Under the pieces are notes generated by a model. That model was not told the origin of the DNA and did no database searches. It saw only the letters and a program-made list of their open reading frames with translations. DNA of 64,000 bases, from contig NC_134031.1 of assembly GCF_964204645.1 (NCBI RefSeq), positions 13,937,807-14,001,806 on the forward strand. The letters are read 5' to 3'. The position numbers and the translations under genes are program-made. Shown here piece by piece: positions 12,674-26,401 of the stretch; the stretch's first letter is position 1; each line of letters opens with the position of its first letter. Source of the stretch: Tubulanus polymorphus. Lineage: Eukaryota; Animalia; Nemertea.

Positions 12674-14389
12674 CACACTGACAGTGAACATCAAGACTTC
12701 ATCAAAAAGACAAGATGCGGTGTTCTCCATATGTTGGGTTTTAGAGGGCTACATTCATTCATTATCGGTGACATTGCGGCTGCTGAAGTAGTAAAGCTTT
12801 TGGTCACTCCAAAAATATTGGAAAATCAGCTGAAAATTACTAATTTTGCTGCAATCTGCTATCTTCTCACATTAACCCGCAAATTTACGAAGCAATAATC
12901 ACTGTAAGCATTGATAGAACATGGAGAGGGGAAGCAGATATTTGAACAGGGGTGGCTGATTTTCAGAGATGGATGTAAAAACGGCATTGAAGATTGAAGC
13001 CTGCATTTACTCGACCAGTGAACTTCTTTCAAATTACATGATAATTCAAGTTAGACGTTGAAAAGTTAAGTTGATATTTTATTGCAATGATTCTCAGTTT
13101 TGAGTTCAGAACCGATTCAAATTTTAAAGAGGAGTCTACTGGAAAAATAATATTTGTCAACAATTTTTCTCCTAGTTATATTACAAAAACTAGAGTTTTC
13201 TCTGAGATGACACTACCTGATGTCACACACTGAAGGTTACTGCATACAATAACCATCCACCTTAACAGCTCATCTGAATCTGCATTTATTACAGTTAACG
13301 CATGCGTTGTTTGCCTAGTGATAATTGTATGTAGATTCCAGATTATGACTCCAATTGTAGGAATGCAGCACCAGCAAAATTTTCACATAAATTCCTCCCA
13401 ATTCATTTAAAACTATTACATATTCATACATATTTATACAATACATGTACTACATTGTTTTCATACTAAACTCATGAAAAAATTTGTTTTCATATGTCAG
13501 ATGAATCTTTTTTCCTTCTCTTATGGACGGAGTTAACATGAAAAGCTTCCTTTCTCATTTGGTAAATCGATGTAGAGCCTAATAAAAAGTTGGGAGTGTT
13601 TACTGGAATTTTTAACTGCAATTATATGTCATGTTGTACCACATGCAATCACTGTACGCGGTTACTGTCTGTTTGCGATATCAGCTTAATACCACTTGAA
13701 AATTTCCAACCAAAACTCAGTACCAGAGTCAATAAACAACCCAACTGTAATATTTCAGTTACTTGATATGAAACTAGAAGTGAATCCAAGGGAAAATACC
13801 TAATAAGGGAGTGGAGCAATATTCTAGACTTCTCTACTAGCAAGTAAAAAAAGTAACTGGTCAGTGAAAAATATAGCTGAACAGAAGCGCGATACACAAA
13901 ACAATATATTTTCAAGAAACTGAGCTGGGAAACTATTTCTTCGTTGTACAATGAATGTCAAGAAGTAAACAATAACTTCGGTATCAAGTTTTTCATGCTC
14001 TTACCAGGGATTCAAACCTGATGTCATTTAGAGATATAATTATTGTATGGTAAAGCTTAGAATAAACTTAATATCGGAAATGAAGATAGTAAACGCGATT
14101 TATACGTGAACCTTACATCAGTAAGATGGTTTTCAAATGCATTCCAATCGTGTATACGATACGTTTCAATGGGTATGATAAACGTGAACGTAACATGTTC
14201 AACACGCAAATGATTCGCAATGTATGTTCATTCTAAGCTGCACCATGTGAAACAACCTAACCAAAGTGGACCCTGTATTGAAACCTATGTCTTAATTCAT
14301 TGTAGCTCATGCAGAAACCCAGCTCAGTAACGGAAAACGCAAGACAACACACGATCACAATCTGTTATATATTTGTCAGTAGTGTATAC

Positions 14390-14492
14390 CTTTAATGGCT
14401 GCCTCAGCTGATGACACCATTACCCGGACATGAGGAGAAACACGCGTTTGTAAGTTTTTACTCAACTCTTGTTCCAAGTAAACGTGTAACTC
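14390..14492 (-). CDS. Mfn: Mitofusin alternative exon A, 103 nt (ELHVYLEQELSKNLQTRVSPHVRVMVSSAEAAIK)
   Basis: tttgtcag acceptor and G|gtatac donor; same length and phase as exon B; shared ELH...EQ.L..NLQ.R.S pattern; no stop codon. Confidence 0.8.
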
Positions 14493-15267
14493 CTGACAAA
14501 TAATCACATATATTTAATTCGTTTGATACATAGCCTTTCAGCCACAGATTGCTGCTCTGCTGTATTCGGTACCAGCCAATTCAGCCAAATTTATCAGTTA
14601 AAATGTTTTAATTCCCTGATCCTCAGGTATCTGGTCAACTCGGGGACAAATTTAAGTCCCAATCCTACCGAATAAGGCAGAGTATTTATTACAATGCAAT
14701 AAGCCTTTGAATCCAAGCCTAATTGATTTCAAACAATGAGGAGCTGCGACACCAGCTATCCCACCAGATGGTGTGACGAGCACTCTTTTATGTTGTCAAA
14801 ATTATTTGAACTGAGCTATTATCGACTGCCAATAAATTATCGATTGCCACAGTTGCATTGGAGGTTCTCCACTCATGAAGCTATTTGCAACTCGTTAATT
14901 TAGATAGTGACATATTATATCACTGTTCTGTCATAAGACATGAGTTAACGCTATTTCCAACTCATTTGATAATGGATGCATAAACAAGAGTTAGTTTATC
15001 TTTTTATAAACTGTATGCCTTTGATTCAACATACACAGCCTGGCTAACCCACAGATCCTTTGTAGACACTTTCCCTGAAGTTCGGCGGACAGCTACACCT
15101 ACGGTTATGGATAAGATAATACGCCTAACCCTAAACCCAAGGGACGAAGCTCTGTTATTCTTCATTATTGGTAGACATCGTTTGTATTTGTATTCATTCA
15201 GTATCACTATTAGTGTTAAGCTTAAAATCAAACCTCATTTCATCATCAACATCATCTGTTAAACTAC

Positions 15268-15499
15268 CTTTTTGTATACATTAAGCATCATCTGGTCAGG
15301 ATGGAAGGGTCGATCAAATTCATCTACGAGGCCGGATAATCGACGTATCTCTTCGTTCAACGCGTTCGATACTTTCCTCTCGACATTCTCCACCATCGAT
15401 TTGATTTTGTCTTTGATTTCTTTCGTTAAAAGGCTCAGTTGTTGTTCCGTGTAGTCGAATTTGTCGGCTTTCTCTTGCCGTTGCTGGAGGTAATTTTTT
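15268..15499 (-). CDS. Mfn: Mitofusin exon, HR1 (VERKVSNALNEEIRRLS.LVDEF...FHP...L.VYK)
   Basis: Conserved motifs; AG/GT boundaries; phase 2-0. Confidence 0.95.
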
Positions 15500-15568
15500 C
15501 TACGAAAAAGCAAAATTTTAGTAATGACTTGCATGCATATGTTTTACATGCTTGCAGCAATTATCATT

Positions 15569-16120
15569 CAACGCCCCTAGGTGATTGTGTACAGTGACCT
15601 ATGACCTTGAAACTCAATATTGTAGAACATTTCATGGGCTACAACTTGCCAATTTGATTTAGTGGTTACAAAATATCCATAGGTGACAAAACCAATGGGA
15701 ACCCTGTTATTCTACTATTCAACACCCCTGGTGAACATATGCAGAAAACTAATAATGTTGAAATTAACCATATGTCATGAGCTAGAAAAGTTTAATGTCG
15801 AAATTCACCATATGTCATGAGCTAGAAAAGTTGCAATTTCATTGAGATGTAACAAAATTCATCTAAAAACCCACCACAATCATAGAACATATTAATTAAC
15901 AGGCCACAACTTGATCTGAGTGTGGTAACAAAATGTGAATAAGCACTAACATAAATTGCTACCATTTTCATTCACTTTTATATGCCCCCTGGTGACCAAT
16001 GATGTTCAAAATCAGCACAATCGTATGACGAACACACAGCGGGCTATATTTTTGCAATTCATTGTGGTGAAAAAATTATGCATAGGTACCGAAATAAACG
16101 GAAACACAATGTAATCGCTA
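15569..16120 (+). repeat. Degenerate ~155-bp tandem repeats, family B
   Basis: Recurrent cgccccctggtgacc...gaccttgaaactcacc...catgtcatgagctac units. Confidence 0.65.
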
Positions 16121-16147
16121 ATAACCAAGGTCAGGCCCTTTACTTAC

Positions 16148-16337
16148 CTAAGTTTTAAAGCCTTTTCATAGGTTTCTTCCATTACTGAGCGAAGATCTGA
16201 ACTGATCAACTTGCCACGATCGCTGTGTTTTTCAAACTTCGTTTTCACGGCAGTGTGCGAGATACATTCTTCGAATTGTCTCTCGAAATTAGCAAATTCG
16301 AATAAACGTATTTGGAAACCTTCGGCTAAGGCTCCCA
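16148..16337 (-). CDS. Mfn: Mitofusin exon ([30 protein letters not shown])
   Basis: Highly conserved motif; AG/GT boundaries; phase 1-2. Confidence 0.97.
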
Positions 16338-17047
16338 CTGAAAAAGAATGTGACAATCTTATCATCCCCAAAATGACCAAAATTATTTGGAATGCCCAAA
16401 TGGCCCAAATCAAGAATGAGATTTCTTATAAAAAATTGGCCCTCTATAAGTATAAATTTGCCATTGAAGTTAAAATTACGTGATGTTCATGTTTTTGACT
16501 ATTAACCCTGATGATATTATGTTTGACTATTAAATCCACAAGCGTTTTGTTTGGCAATAATTGATTATTGAACACCGGCACCTCCAACCTAACAAGTCTG
16601 GTGCCCAAGTTCAGATCTAAATTTCCCAATTTCAGACATTTCCATCGCCAGGTGATTATAGACATACAATAGTTCCCTGCTGTGGGCATAAAAAAAGACT
16701 AGTGATCCTTTGAATCACACATTACCCTTTGAATGTGAAGACTTGGACAATTTTCAAACAGAGAATAAATTCAATCTTGAAATGATGCAGACTGAACCTT
16801 ATCCTTAATTCTGCTAATTGTTACTACTCGTTTCCTTATAAATATCATCATAAGAGTTGCTATCCCCTATTAAATATGGGATTTCAAAGATTTCCATTTT
16901 CAATTATTTGACCCCATTTAGTTTCAAAAGATCCAAAATGTTGATATTTACCGGTAATTTGAACTACATTGCAATTTGTAATTAATGAAATTGTCGATTG
17001 GTTAGTAGACATACAGAAAATAATGGAAACATATGCTTCTCACTTAC

Positions 17048-17201
17048 AGGGCGTTGGCGTTCCTTGATCTTGATGTAATCTGGATATTAAAGTTTCTCTC
17101 GCCGAAACGAAGAAAACCCGATCAGCCGCATTCTTCCTGTCAATCACACCCAGTTCATCTGCTAAAAATGCCAAGTTACGTTCCTCATGTTGGGATTTCA
17201 C
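17048..17201 (-). CDS. Mfn: Mitofusin exon (VKSQHEERNLAFLADELG...DRVFFVSARE)
   Basis: Conserved FL..EL and R.FFVSA.E motifs; AG/GT boundaries. Confidence 0.95.
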
Positions 17202-18425
17202 CTATCAACAAATAAAGTTTAACTGTTTAAAACACTTTATTATCACAAATCCACCACAGATGATTCAAATTAATGGAAATTCCAATCATACAACAACCAC
17301 ATTTTATTTGGTCACATAAGTGGCGTTAAATTTTGACTGTGCACCGATTAGCCTAATATTTATAATATTCTCAGTCGTGAAAAAGAACCATATGGCACTG
17401 TGAGACTGCTCGCCATCAAATAATTCTGCCCCCTCATTCCATGTATTATTACATCTTAATCATCCAGACTTCACGGGGTGTTCAAAACCTGACTACAGAT
17501 AATTTGAATCGATGTTCTAACAAATGGACTTCAAACACTGGACATTACCAAAATCTTTGAACTTAGAAGCGCTTTCTGAGCAGTTAGAGCGATCTTGACC
17601 CATGAACCACTAACAATCATCACACTGTATATCTAATTCACCCATCAATAGATTGGAAGAACCCCCCAGCTCATCCACTCGACTAAACTTAAAATAGTAG
17701 GGCAGTTGAAAAATGATCACAAATCTATTTCACAGTTATTAACATCAACTCAGTTACTTAGCTACTGCTGGCTACATTCCAACAAACTACCAAGCATCTG
17801 ATTTATCAACTTACTACATGTATACACTGTTTAGAATTAAGTATCAACCTTTAATGATTCTGATAGATTAAGCATATACCAAAGGACAAAAATTGTTTGC
17901 AGGGTGATAAAGTTTAGCAGTGAAGCCTAAGACGGCAGGGAGATCAGCAAATACAGCCCGTTGAGAACCATGCATGTGGAATGAAAATTTCCGTTCAATG
18001 GGGACTCTATCATATGTACTTTTTGTGGTTCTGTCCATTCAATATAGAAACGATTTTATGAATTTTTTTATCATCAGCACTTCGATGTCAAGTGCATGTC
18101 GAGCTCATCGAAAAGCAAGACACAATGATGAGTTATGAGTATAACAGACACAGAACGCTTTTATGGTTTGCCCAGTTACCAAAATTGCACCAGACCAGGT
18201 CAGTGACACAATCAACCCCTACCCCCACGCTATAGTTAAACATCATTTTTGGACTAAATGTATTTGGAAAAGTGGTACTGAAATCCGTGGATCCGCTGAG
18301 AATTCTCATCCCTCCCATGAAAATCAAAAAACTAATCTGAGTAAGTGCAATACCATTGATATCTTCATAAATGTTGCCATAGCAGTAATGTAGATCACTC
18401 AAGTAGAATACGTAGCACCAGATTA

Positions 18426-18731
<306 letters not shown>

Positions 18732-19262
18732 TTATCTCCATTCATATAAGATGTGAATAAATGAAATTTGAACAATGTGATCAATATTTGAACCAGTATG
18801 ACAAAACATGTCGGGAACTACAACTTTGCAATCGATCATACATCATAAAAACCTGGTGATATTCCTCTGAAAAACCTTATTCCATCAATCAATGAAGACT
18901 GATGACACTAAGATGGTCACTGTGTGAAAATTGACTGATCGGAAAATCAGTCTGATATGTTTAAGATCCCTTCCCAAAGTATACCAATCACAAATCTAAA
19001 TGAAATATGGCACACCACTAAAGAGGTTTGTAGGGTGTGGTATTCTTCTTTCCACCCTCATCTCTCAAACTTTTAGGAGAGTTATAAAATTTTGGGTTCA
19101 TTTCAAAAGGTATTGTAACAACATATTGGACCATAAGGTCCATATAGTCAAGTTCAAACTTGACTAGTAGTGAGAAGAGGATGCATGTGACGAGATTTCA
19201 GTGTCAGTGAAAAGAAATTCAATTTTCTGATTATATCTTTTTTTTTCTACTACGCAGATCCA

Positions 19263-19376
19263 CAGGGGCCTGACACAGAAGGTTTTTGACCCCAGTTTCC
19301 TAGGTTAAGGTACTATATTTTTCATATAAGTATCTAGGATACTGGGGTCAAAAACTATTTTGTGTCAGGCCCCCTT
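19263..19376. mobile_element. Short fold-back MITE
   Basis: aggggcctgacaca..tttttgaccccagt / actggggtcaaaaa..tgtgtcaggcccct. Confidence 0.6.
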
Positions 19377-20068
19377 GACGCAGACCAGGTTATTTTTCGT
19401 CCGTCAAACCTCTGAGTCAGTCTGTTTTTACACAAGTTGGGACATTACTTATGTTGCATGCGTACACAGCACTATCATCTCTAGCCTACTACATGTACTA
19501 ACTAACTCAGGGATTCCCAAAGAGTAACACTTTTAACGGTGCAGTTTGCATGTGATGTAGGCACATCTGGTTACTTTCGTGAAGAAAATCCCTAATTCCC
19601 ACTCTCAAAAAATAAAATCTGGGCTATTGAGGAACCCAGCAGAGACAAATTTACCGGTCCGCTCCCAGTCAGTCTAATCCACTAACTGCGCAATTCTTTA
19701 TCGACAACTTTTGTATGTAACATTGCTGAAACAATTCGCTGAAAGGCAAGCCCTTCATGCACCGCAAAACTTCCCATAAATCATCAGGTTTTTGGAACAT
19801 AAATACAATGGGCTATGATAGTCATAACCAGGATCATGGATACAGGTAAATGACATGTTACAGGTATTTTTCTATCAGATTATCAGCTCCATATGATACT
19901 GTGTTTATGGGACTATATCCATGGCAGTAAATAGACTACGGCGGTTGTTCCGTGAACGGCAGGATTTTTACTAGCTATGATGCCTATATGGTCTTTGACC
20001 ATAATAAACATAACCCACAGCAGTCAAATTATTCATCACATAGATATATCGGGTTTCAAAGCGCTTAC

Positions 20069-20177
20069 CGTTTGCATCAGAGTTGATTCAGCATTAGCAA
20101 CCAAAACAAACACATCAGCATCGAGACAATGCTTATCAATCCAACTATCCAAATCCGGAGTAACGTCTATTCCTGGA
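20069..20177 (-). CDS. Mfn: Mitofusin exon ([37 protein letters not shown])
   Basis: G3 motif DSPG spans the splice junction; AG/GT boundaries. Confidence 0.97.
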
Positions 20178-20249
20178 CTGTAATGAAAGTTCAAGAGCCT
20201 CATTTATTGATGTTAATTATTGTTCGTTTTATTGTTTTCTTTAATTGAA

Positions 20250-21296
20250 GTAGGGGAGTGGTTTCAGATGCTAAACAATCTAATAATTTCAATATTCAAC
20301 GCCCCATCCAATGACTTGAAAAATTCCAATGACCTTGAAACTCACCAATCATAGAATATGTCAACAGCTACATTTTTGTAATTGATTGTGGTAACAAAAT
20401 ATGCCTAGTTACCAATATGACATGGAAATACTAAGTTATTCTACTATTCAATGCCCCCTGGTGACCATATGCGAAGCCCAATGACCTTGAAACTCACCAT
20501 AACCATAAAACATGTCATGAGCTACCGTTTTTTGCAATTGATCATGGCAACAAAATATGCCTAACTACCAATACTAGGGGTCCAGGGACACCATGCCCAC
20601 TTGGGAATTGGTTTCAAATGCTCAACAATCTAACAATTTCAATATTCAACGCCGTTCACAGTCATAGAATATGTCAGACGCTACGAATTTGTAATTGATT
20701 GTAATAACAAAATATGCCTCGTTATCAATTTGATATGGAAATACTAAATTATTCGACTACTCAACGCCCCGGGTGACCATATGCAAAACCCATTGACCTT
20801 GAAACTCACCACAATCATAGAACATGTCATGAACTACAACTTTTCAATTGATAATGGTAACAAAATATGCCTAGGAGCCAATTATTAAAATCTGATCGCA
20901 AAAATATCCGTTTCAAAAAGCCAATCAGAAAGCAAAAGGGAAAACTTGTGTTATTGTATTTATTGTTCCCCTGGTGGCCATATTCAAAAACCAAAGACCC
21001 TGAATCTCACCACAATTATAGACCATGTCATGAGCTAGAACTTTCCAATTCCAATTGATTGTGGTAACAAAATAAGCATAGGTACGAATATAATATGGAA
21101 ATACTAAGTTATTGAATTGTTCAACGCCCCAAGGTGGCCATTAACCAAACCAATGACCTTGAAACTCATCACAATCATTAAACATGTCCGCAGCTACAAT
21201 TTTTTAATTGATTGCGGTAACAAACTATGCCTAGTCTACCAATATAATATGGAAATACTAAGTTATTCTAGTTAGTCAACGCCCCCTGGTGACCAT
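20250..21296 (+). repeat. Family B ~155-bp tandem array with an element 5' end at ~20572
   Basis: About 6 diverged units; 5' motif actaggggtccagggacaccatgcccacttggga. Confidence 0.75.
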
Positions 21297-21373
21297 ACAG
21301 ATTTATCATAAACCACTGACCAGATTAATTTCATCAGAACCAAATGATTCGAATTAAGCGGGTTTAAACTTAC

Positions 21374-21495
21374 CTGTCAACTAATACAACATCGTCTTTC
21401 AATAAACTACATTTGTCTTTAGGCCAGATGATCCTTATCAAAGCACTGTTGTCTAATTTTACTGAACTCAGCGCGTGGGCTAGGTGTTTCACTGA
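21374..21495 (-). CDS. Mfn: Mitofusin exon (SVKHLAHAL...WPKDKCSLLKDDVVLVD)
   Basis: Conserved motifs; AG/GT boundaries; phase 0-2. Confidence 0.96.
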
Positions 21496-22014
21496 CTGAA
21501 ATAGACAAACAGAAGCAAGTCCAGTTTACGTAAATAACAAAATATCTGAAAACCAACTCTGAAAACCAAACTGTATGAAAGAGGTGCAGATTGATACCTG
21601 CATTATTTAATTATTCACTCACATCATGATGTCGTCAAGGACACAATGACTGTAGCAACAGTATAATATTCTCACTCCCAGTTGTGGGGACATACTGCAG
21701 AGATATATAGATATGGGAAAAACCGGGACGGCAGCATGCTCGCACAAAGGAGCGAGAACCTACCATGACTTCCCTGTTTTTTGTTTTTCAACTGATTCCC
21801 CTGGACCAAGAAACTCCACCCAACAGCACAGCTGGCCTAACCAACTCAACCAAAGCCAAACTGACTTCTTCCGTCCATCCGCAGCGCCACGTAGTGAGAA
21901 TAGTATAATATTTACAAACCCTGTTGGCCGACATACCGCAGAGATAAATAGATATGGGAAAAACCGGGGCCACCCAACCGACAGCCCAAAACACTCGGAA
22001 AAGGCATTGCAAAG

Positions 22015-22910
22015 AAAAATATAGCTGCAAAGCAGCGATAACGGGTTTTCTGCACAGTCTTAGAATCCTGTTCAACGGTGGATTTCGACAAAGCACAACG
22101 ATAAGGCACAACATCAGCCATTACTAACCAGGCTATTAGGAAACATCATTAATGATAGGTCACTCAAATTGCTCAGCAGTTATCTCTGAACGAAAACTTG
22201 AAGCCGAAATCAACGGAACGCCTCATCTTGGAATAAGTCAGTCTAACTAGTGGAGTCACGCAAGGTAGTATCCTAAGTCGTCTTCTGTTTAATGTCCTGA
22301 CAAATGACATACACAGTAATCTAAAATATACCAGACCGAGTAAATTTCGAAAACGACCTTAACACGCCGTTCGACCAAAAAACTTAATGTTCCGACAAGA
22401 AAAATCCTGTTCGAATGAAAACAATTCAGTTTGATCGAACAGTACACTTTTGTTTGAACCAAAACTTTTCTTCATTCTGACAAAAAAATGTGTTCCAATT
22501 AAAAGTTATGTTATTTTTGAAATGAAAAACTTTTTGTCCCGGCAAAAAATTTATTGAGCGAAAACAATTTTTTTCGAACGAATGTTTGAATGAAAACAAT
22601 TCTGTTCGATTGAACGAAATACTTAATACTTTTGGTTCGGAGAAAAAACTTTTTACAATATACTTGTTCGAACGAAAAAATTAATAATCTGACAAGAAAA
22701 TTCTGTGCAAATTAAAACGATTCTGTTTGATCGAACGATTGTTCGAACGAAAAAACCTTTCGTTTGGACAAAAAAAGTTTGTTCAACTTTGTTCTAACGA
22801 TTGTTTCAAACTGAACAATCGAACAGAATATTATTGGTTCGAACGAAATCAAATTTGTTCCGACGAAAGAATTTTCAAGCGAAAGGTCTTTTGAACGAAA
22901 GAAAAGATAT
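22015..22910 (+). repeat. Left arm of a long inverted repeat: decayed CR1/L2-like RT fragment plus ttcgaacgaaa-type repeats
   Basis: Decayed VDFDKA and SGVTQGSIL motifs; reverse complement is similar to 27215-28566. Confidence 0.6.
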
Positions 22911-22934
22911 TTCTGGGGCTCCGCAGTAACTTAA

Positions 22935-23210
22935 AGCCGGACGTAGGTCGGCCTTGCGACGCGATCATTGCATTGCATCGCAAGTTTCGGTGCAAGTCGG
23001 TTGCGATACGATTGTCACCATCTGTTCGCGACGTATCTGCCAGTCGCAAGAGCGCGTAGGTCGGTTGTGACAGTCGTGTCACGTCGCAGAAAGTAGAACA
23101 CGTGCGACTCCTTGTGACTGGCGTTGCTGAAAGTCGCAACCCATCGCAAGGGAGCGTAGGTCGATGAGTCGTTGCGACACAATCGTCGCAAAGCCGACCT
23201 ACGTCCGGCT
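22935..23210. mobile_element. PIF/Harbinger-type MITE
   Basis: TAA TSD; TIR agccggacgtaggtcggc / gccgacctacgtccggct. Confidence 0.8.
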
Positions 23211-26200
23211 TAAGTCATTAGCAATTAATGAAATACCAGCTTCATTTATGATGAAAAACTCAAATGAAAAGTCTGGCTTATAAAGCTGTCTGCTCAGACG
23301 AAATTTTCCAAAAAAAATCTTCATTTTTGTCGATAAAATTGATAATTGTGATTGATCGTTGCAAGTCAGAACCAGTTAATCACTAATTAACATGCATTTT
23401 AATAAATCTGATTCCTCCTTTACAGTGAACTTAGCTTTAACCTAGTAGTGGTTACTAGTAGGCCTATGTATATGCGTAGGCCTAACATCCGGGCAGATTG
23501 GTCGTAGGCCCATTGAATAACAACCCTCCTAAATATCGTAAATTTTGTTTTGAAGTTCAATCCAATGAGTCCGTTAATAAAAGCAACAATTATATTCTGT
23601 TTGTTTGAGTCAGTGAAGGTCATAGCGGTAGGCCTAAAGCCTTAAGGTTGCGTAAAACTCGATAAAATCTTCAAGCGACACAGCGAACCATCTCCTTTCC
23701 CCCACAGCGAACGCTTACTCCAAATGTCAAGTGTGAGTCCAGCATACGGATAGGCATGTGTTATACACTTGTATCTAGTAAATACCTTGTGCATTTGACA
23801 ATGATCGGTATGTACTGTAGGAAATATAGAGTATTGATGGTATTGATATAGAGGTTGAAGCCCGCGGCCGAATAAAGCAATATATTCTTTTATTTTGATA
23901 CCTCGTCGACATAACAGCTTTTCTCCGCTATATCTCTTCGGCGTGTTTAGTTTAGGCCTACGACTCCCCGGTACACTAAAGATTCATCTTAGTAAATACA
24001 CGGTTAATTTGGTAAAGAAAAATAGGTATTGTTAAACTAACTCCTTGAAACCCGCAGCCAAATCACTGGTAGTAATAAATTAATTTGTACTCGATTTGAT
24101 TCTCATGATGAGGAGAAACTCGCAGCTGATCCCCGGAATGACGATGTAGCGACACACGTCGATTCATCGATGTTTACAGCTCGACAGTGCTTTGAAAATC
24201 TAAAGTAGTAAATTTCCAGTGTATCGGTAATATGATTTAATGAGGAAAATGGGCTATTGTTGAAATTACTGTTTGAAGACCGCGGCTGAATGTGAAGTTT
24301 GCGGCAATAAATTAGTTCATTTATACTTGAATTGATAATCGAAGTGACAATCGGCCTGCGGGTTGATTTCGGGATGACGACTCGAAAAACATGTCGCCCC
24401 ATTGAATGGGGCTAAATTTTCGATGTTTACAGCCCGACAGTGCTTTTGTAACGATGATTCGTGAAAAAACACGCGGAGTATTTGTAGATCTCAGTGAGCT
24501 GAACGATATCATACGGATTGTATCGACAACAGCGGCAAGGTAACAAAGCCTTAGTTCTTTTAGTGAAAATAGTGTGACATAAAATAATAATAATAAGAAA
24601 CACGCGAATCTCAATAGGGTTTTCTGTGATGTAACAGAAAACCCTAATAAAAAACCCAAAACTCAAACCCAAACCCAAACCATAAAGGGGAGTAAAACAA
24701 AAGATCTACACAGCAAGTGAAGTAATAGTGAGAACATATGTAAAAGACCTATGGGACAGAGCTTCCCTAATCGCTCAAAGATAAGATACAACGTACAATG
24801 GTTTATAAGCTTCATCGGCCGCAGCAACATGACCAGAAGGAAAAGCAACCCATCAAAAGTTACCCAACGGTAATCACAATCGTCGCCGAGAAAATAGAAT
24901 CCACACCCTCAAAACAGATCGTACCGAACTCTCTGACCGATAAATCTCACAATAGTAGGCCGAAGTATACCGAAATACACTTATAGTAAGGAGAACCAAC
25001 TACCCTGACCTTTTCTCTGCCCTAAAAATTCATAATTCATTATTACTCGTCGTTTATATGTTTATTTATTTTTTTTATAAACGAGTTTCCATTCTTTTCT
25101 CACACACAGGACACACAGTTCTGCACACAGCCACAGTGTAGTCCACGCACAGTAGACTCCGGGGCACACAGCCCTCCAGCCCGCACACAGCAGGCAAACA
25201 GGACATATAGTCCTGCGAGGCACACAGCCTCTAAACCACACGCAGTAGACTCCACGCGCAGTACACGCGCACAGTAGGGAACAAATACATAAGACTCCCA
25301 CACACAGTGGAATAACCCGGACGACAGACTCCAAACAGCACAAAGGAAGGCACACAGTTCACGTACGTAAGTACACGCTCACAGAACAAAGCCAAACTGT
25401 GAACCACCACAACCGTATAAGCACGTCCGGCAGTGAGGAAAACCAAAGCCAAACTGACTTCTTCCGTCTGTCCGCAGCGCCAAGCAGTGAGAAGAGTATC
25501 CTTATTTTTAACAGGAAGAGAAAGCAGTTGATCAAATGAATTGCCCATGGGCAAAGTGGTTTACCTTGAAAACTGTAGTTTGTTCGCTTATATTATCGGT
25601 CGGCAACCGTAACAAATGTACATTTCTTCGGGCTAAGACATTGACAAGACAAATCCAAGCCAGGACACTAATGACATTGCTTAAGGTACTAGTTCGGGTA
25701 CTTGATTAGATAGCCTACTTCGTAACCATCCGAATTACAAGCGAACCATGTTCGATAAGTCAAATGAAATGATTGTCATTTTGTTTTTTCAATTGAGGCT
25801 TTCCCATAATTTTGATATTTGTTTTCCCATTACATCATATGGCCCCGAAATTCCCTGTATATCCCAAGAAAAAAATTTCTTAAAATGAACTCGATGTTGG
25901 TCAATGTGAACTTCTTTTGCAACTGCTTGAATAACATCTTGGAAAGATTGATGATGAGAATTTTAAGACACAACAAAAGTTTATAATTTATATATCCTGA
26001 GAAAGGATGACATAACACAACCTAAGAGAAAAAGCTTACGATTCGTCACCAAATCATACATCGTTTAGGCCGAGAACTAATGAAACAAATAATCACATAT
26101 AAAACGTACTTTGATTTTACATAATCGGCTCAATGCCAACACCATTATAGCTAACAAAGGTAAACCAAAAAGACCGTAATCACATACATAATGGGCCCTG

Positions 26201-26401
26201 CTTATCAATATTCTATATCTGCATATCATTTACAAGAGAGGTTTGGAAAATCCAGGAAAACTGAAGAAATCGATGTCGAAATTTCGCAATTTTCATCCAG
26301 ATTCCATTGGTTGGAACAAAACAAAATCTAGGGGCCCAGGGAGACCATGCCAACTTGGGAAGTAGTTTCAAATGTTTCAATGCCCCCTGATGACCTTATT
26401 A

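Noticed and set aside
18270-18300. gaaatccgtggatcc shared between an Mfn intron and the U2 spacer
   Set aside because: Only about 15 bp match, too short to claim a shared element without a search.
25062-25554. Cys/Val-rich ORFs
   Set aside because: Products of a TG-rich low-complexity tract.
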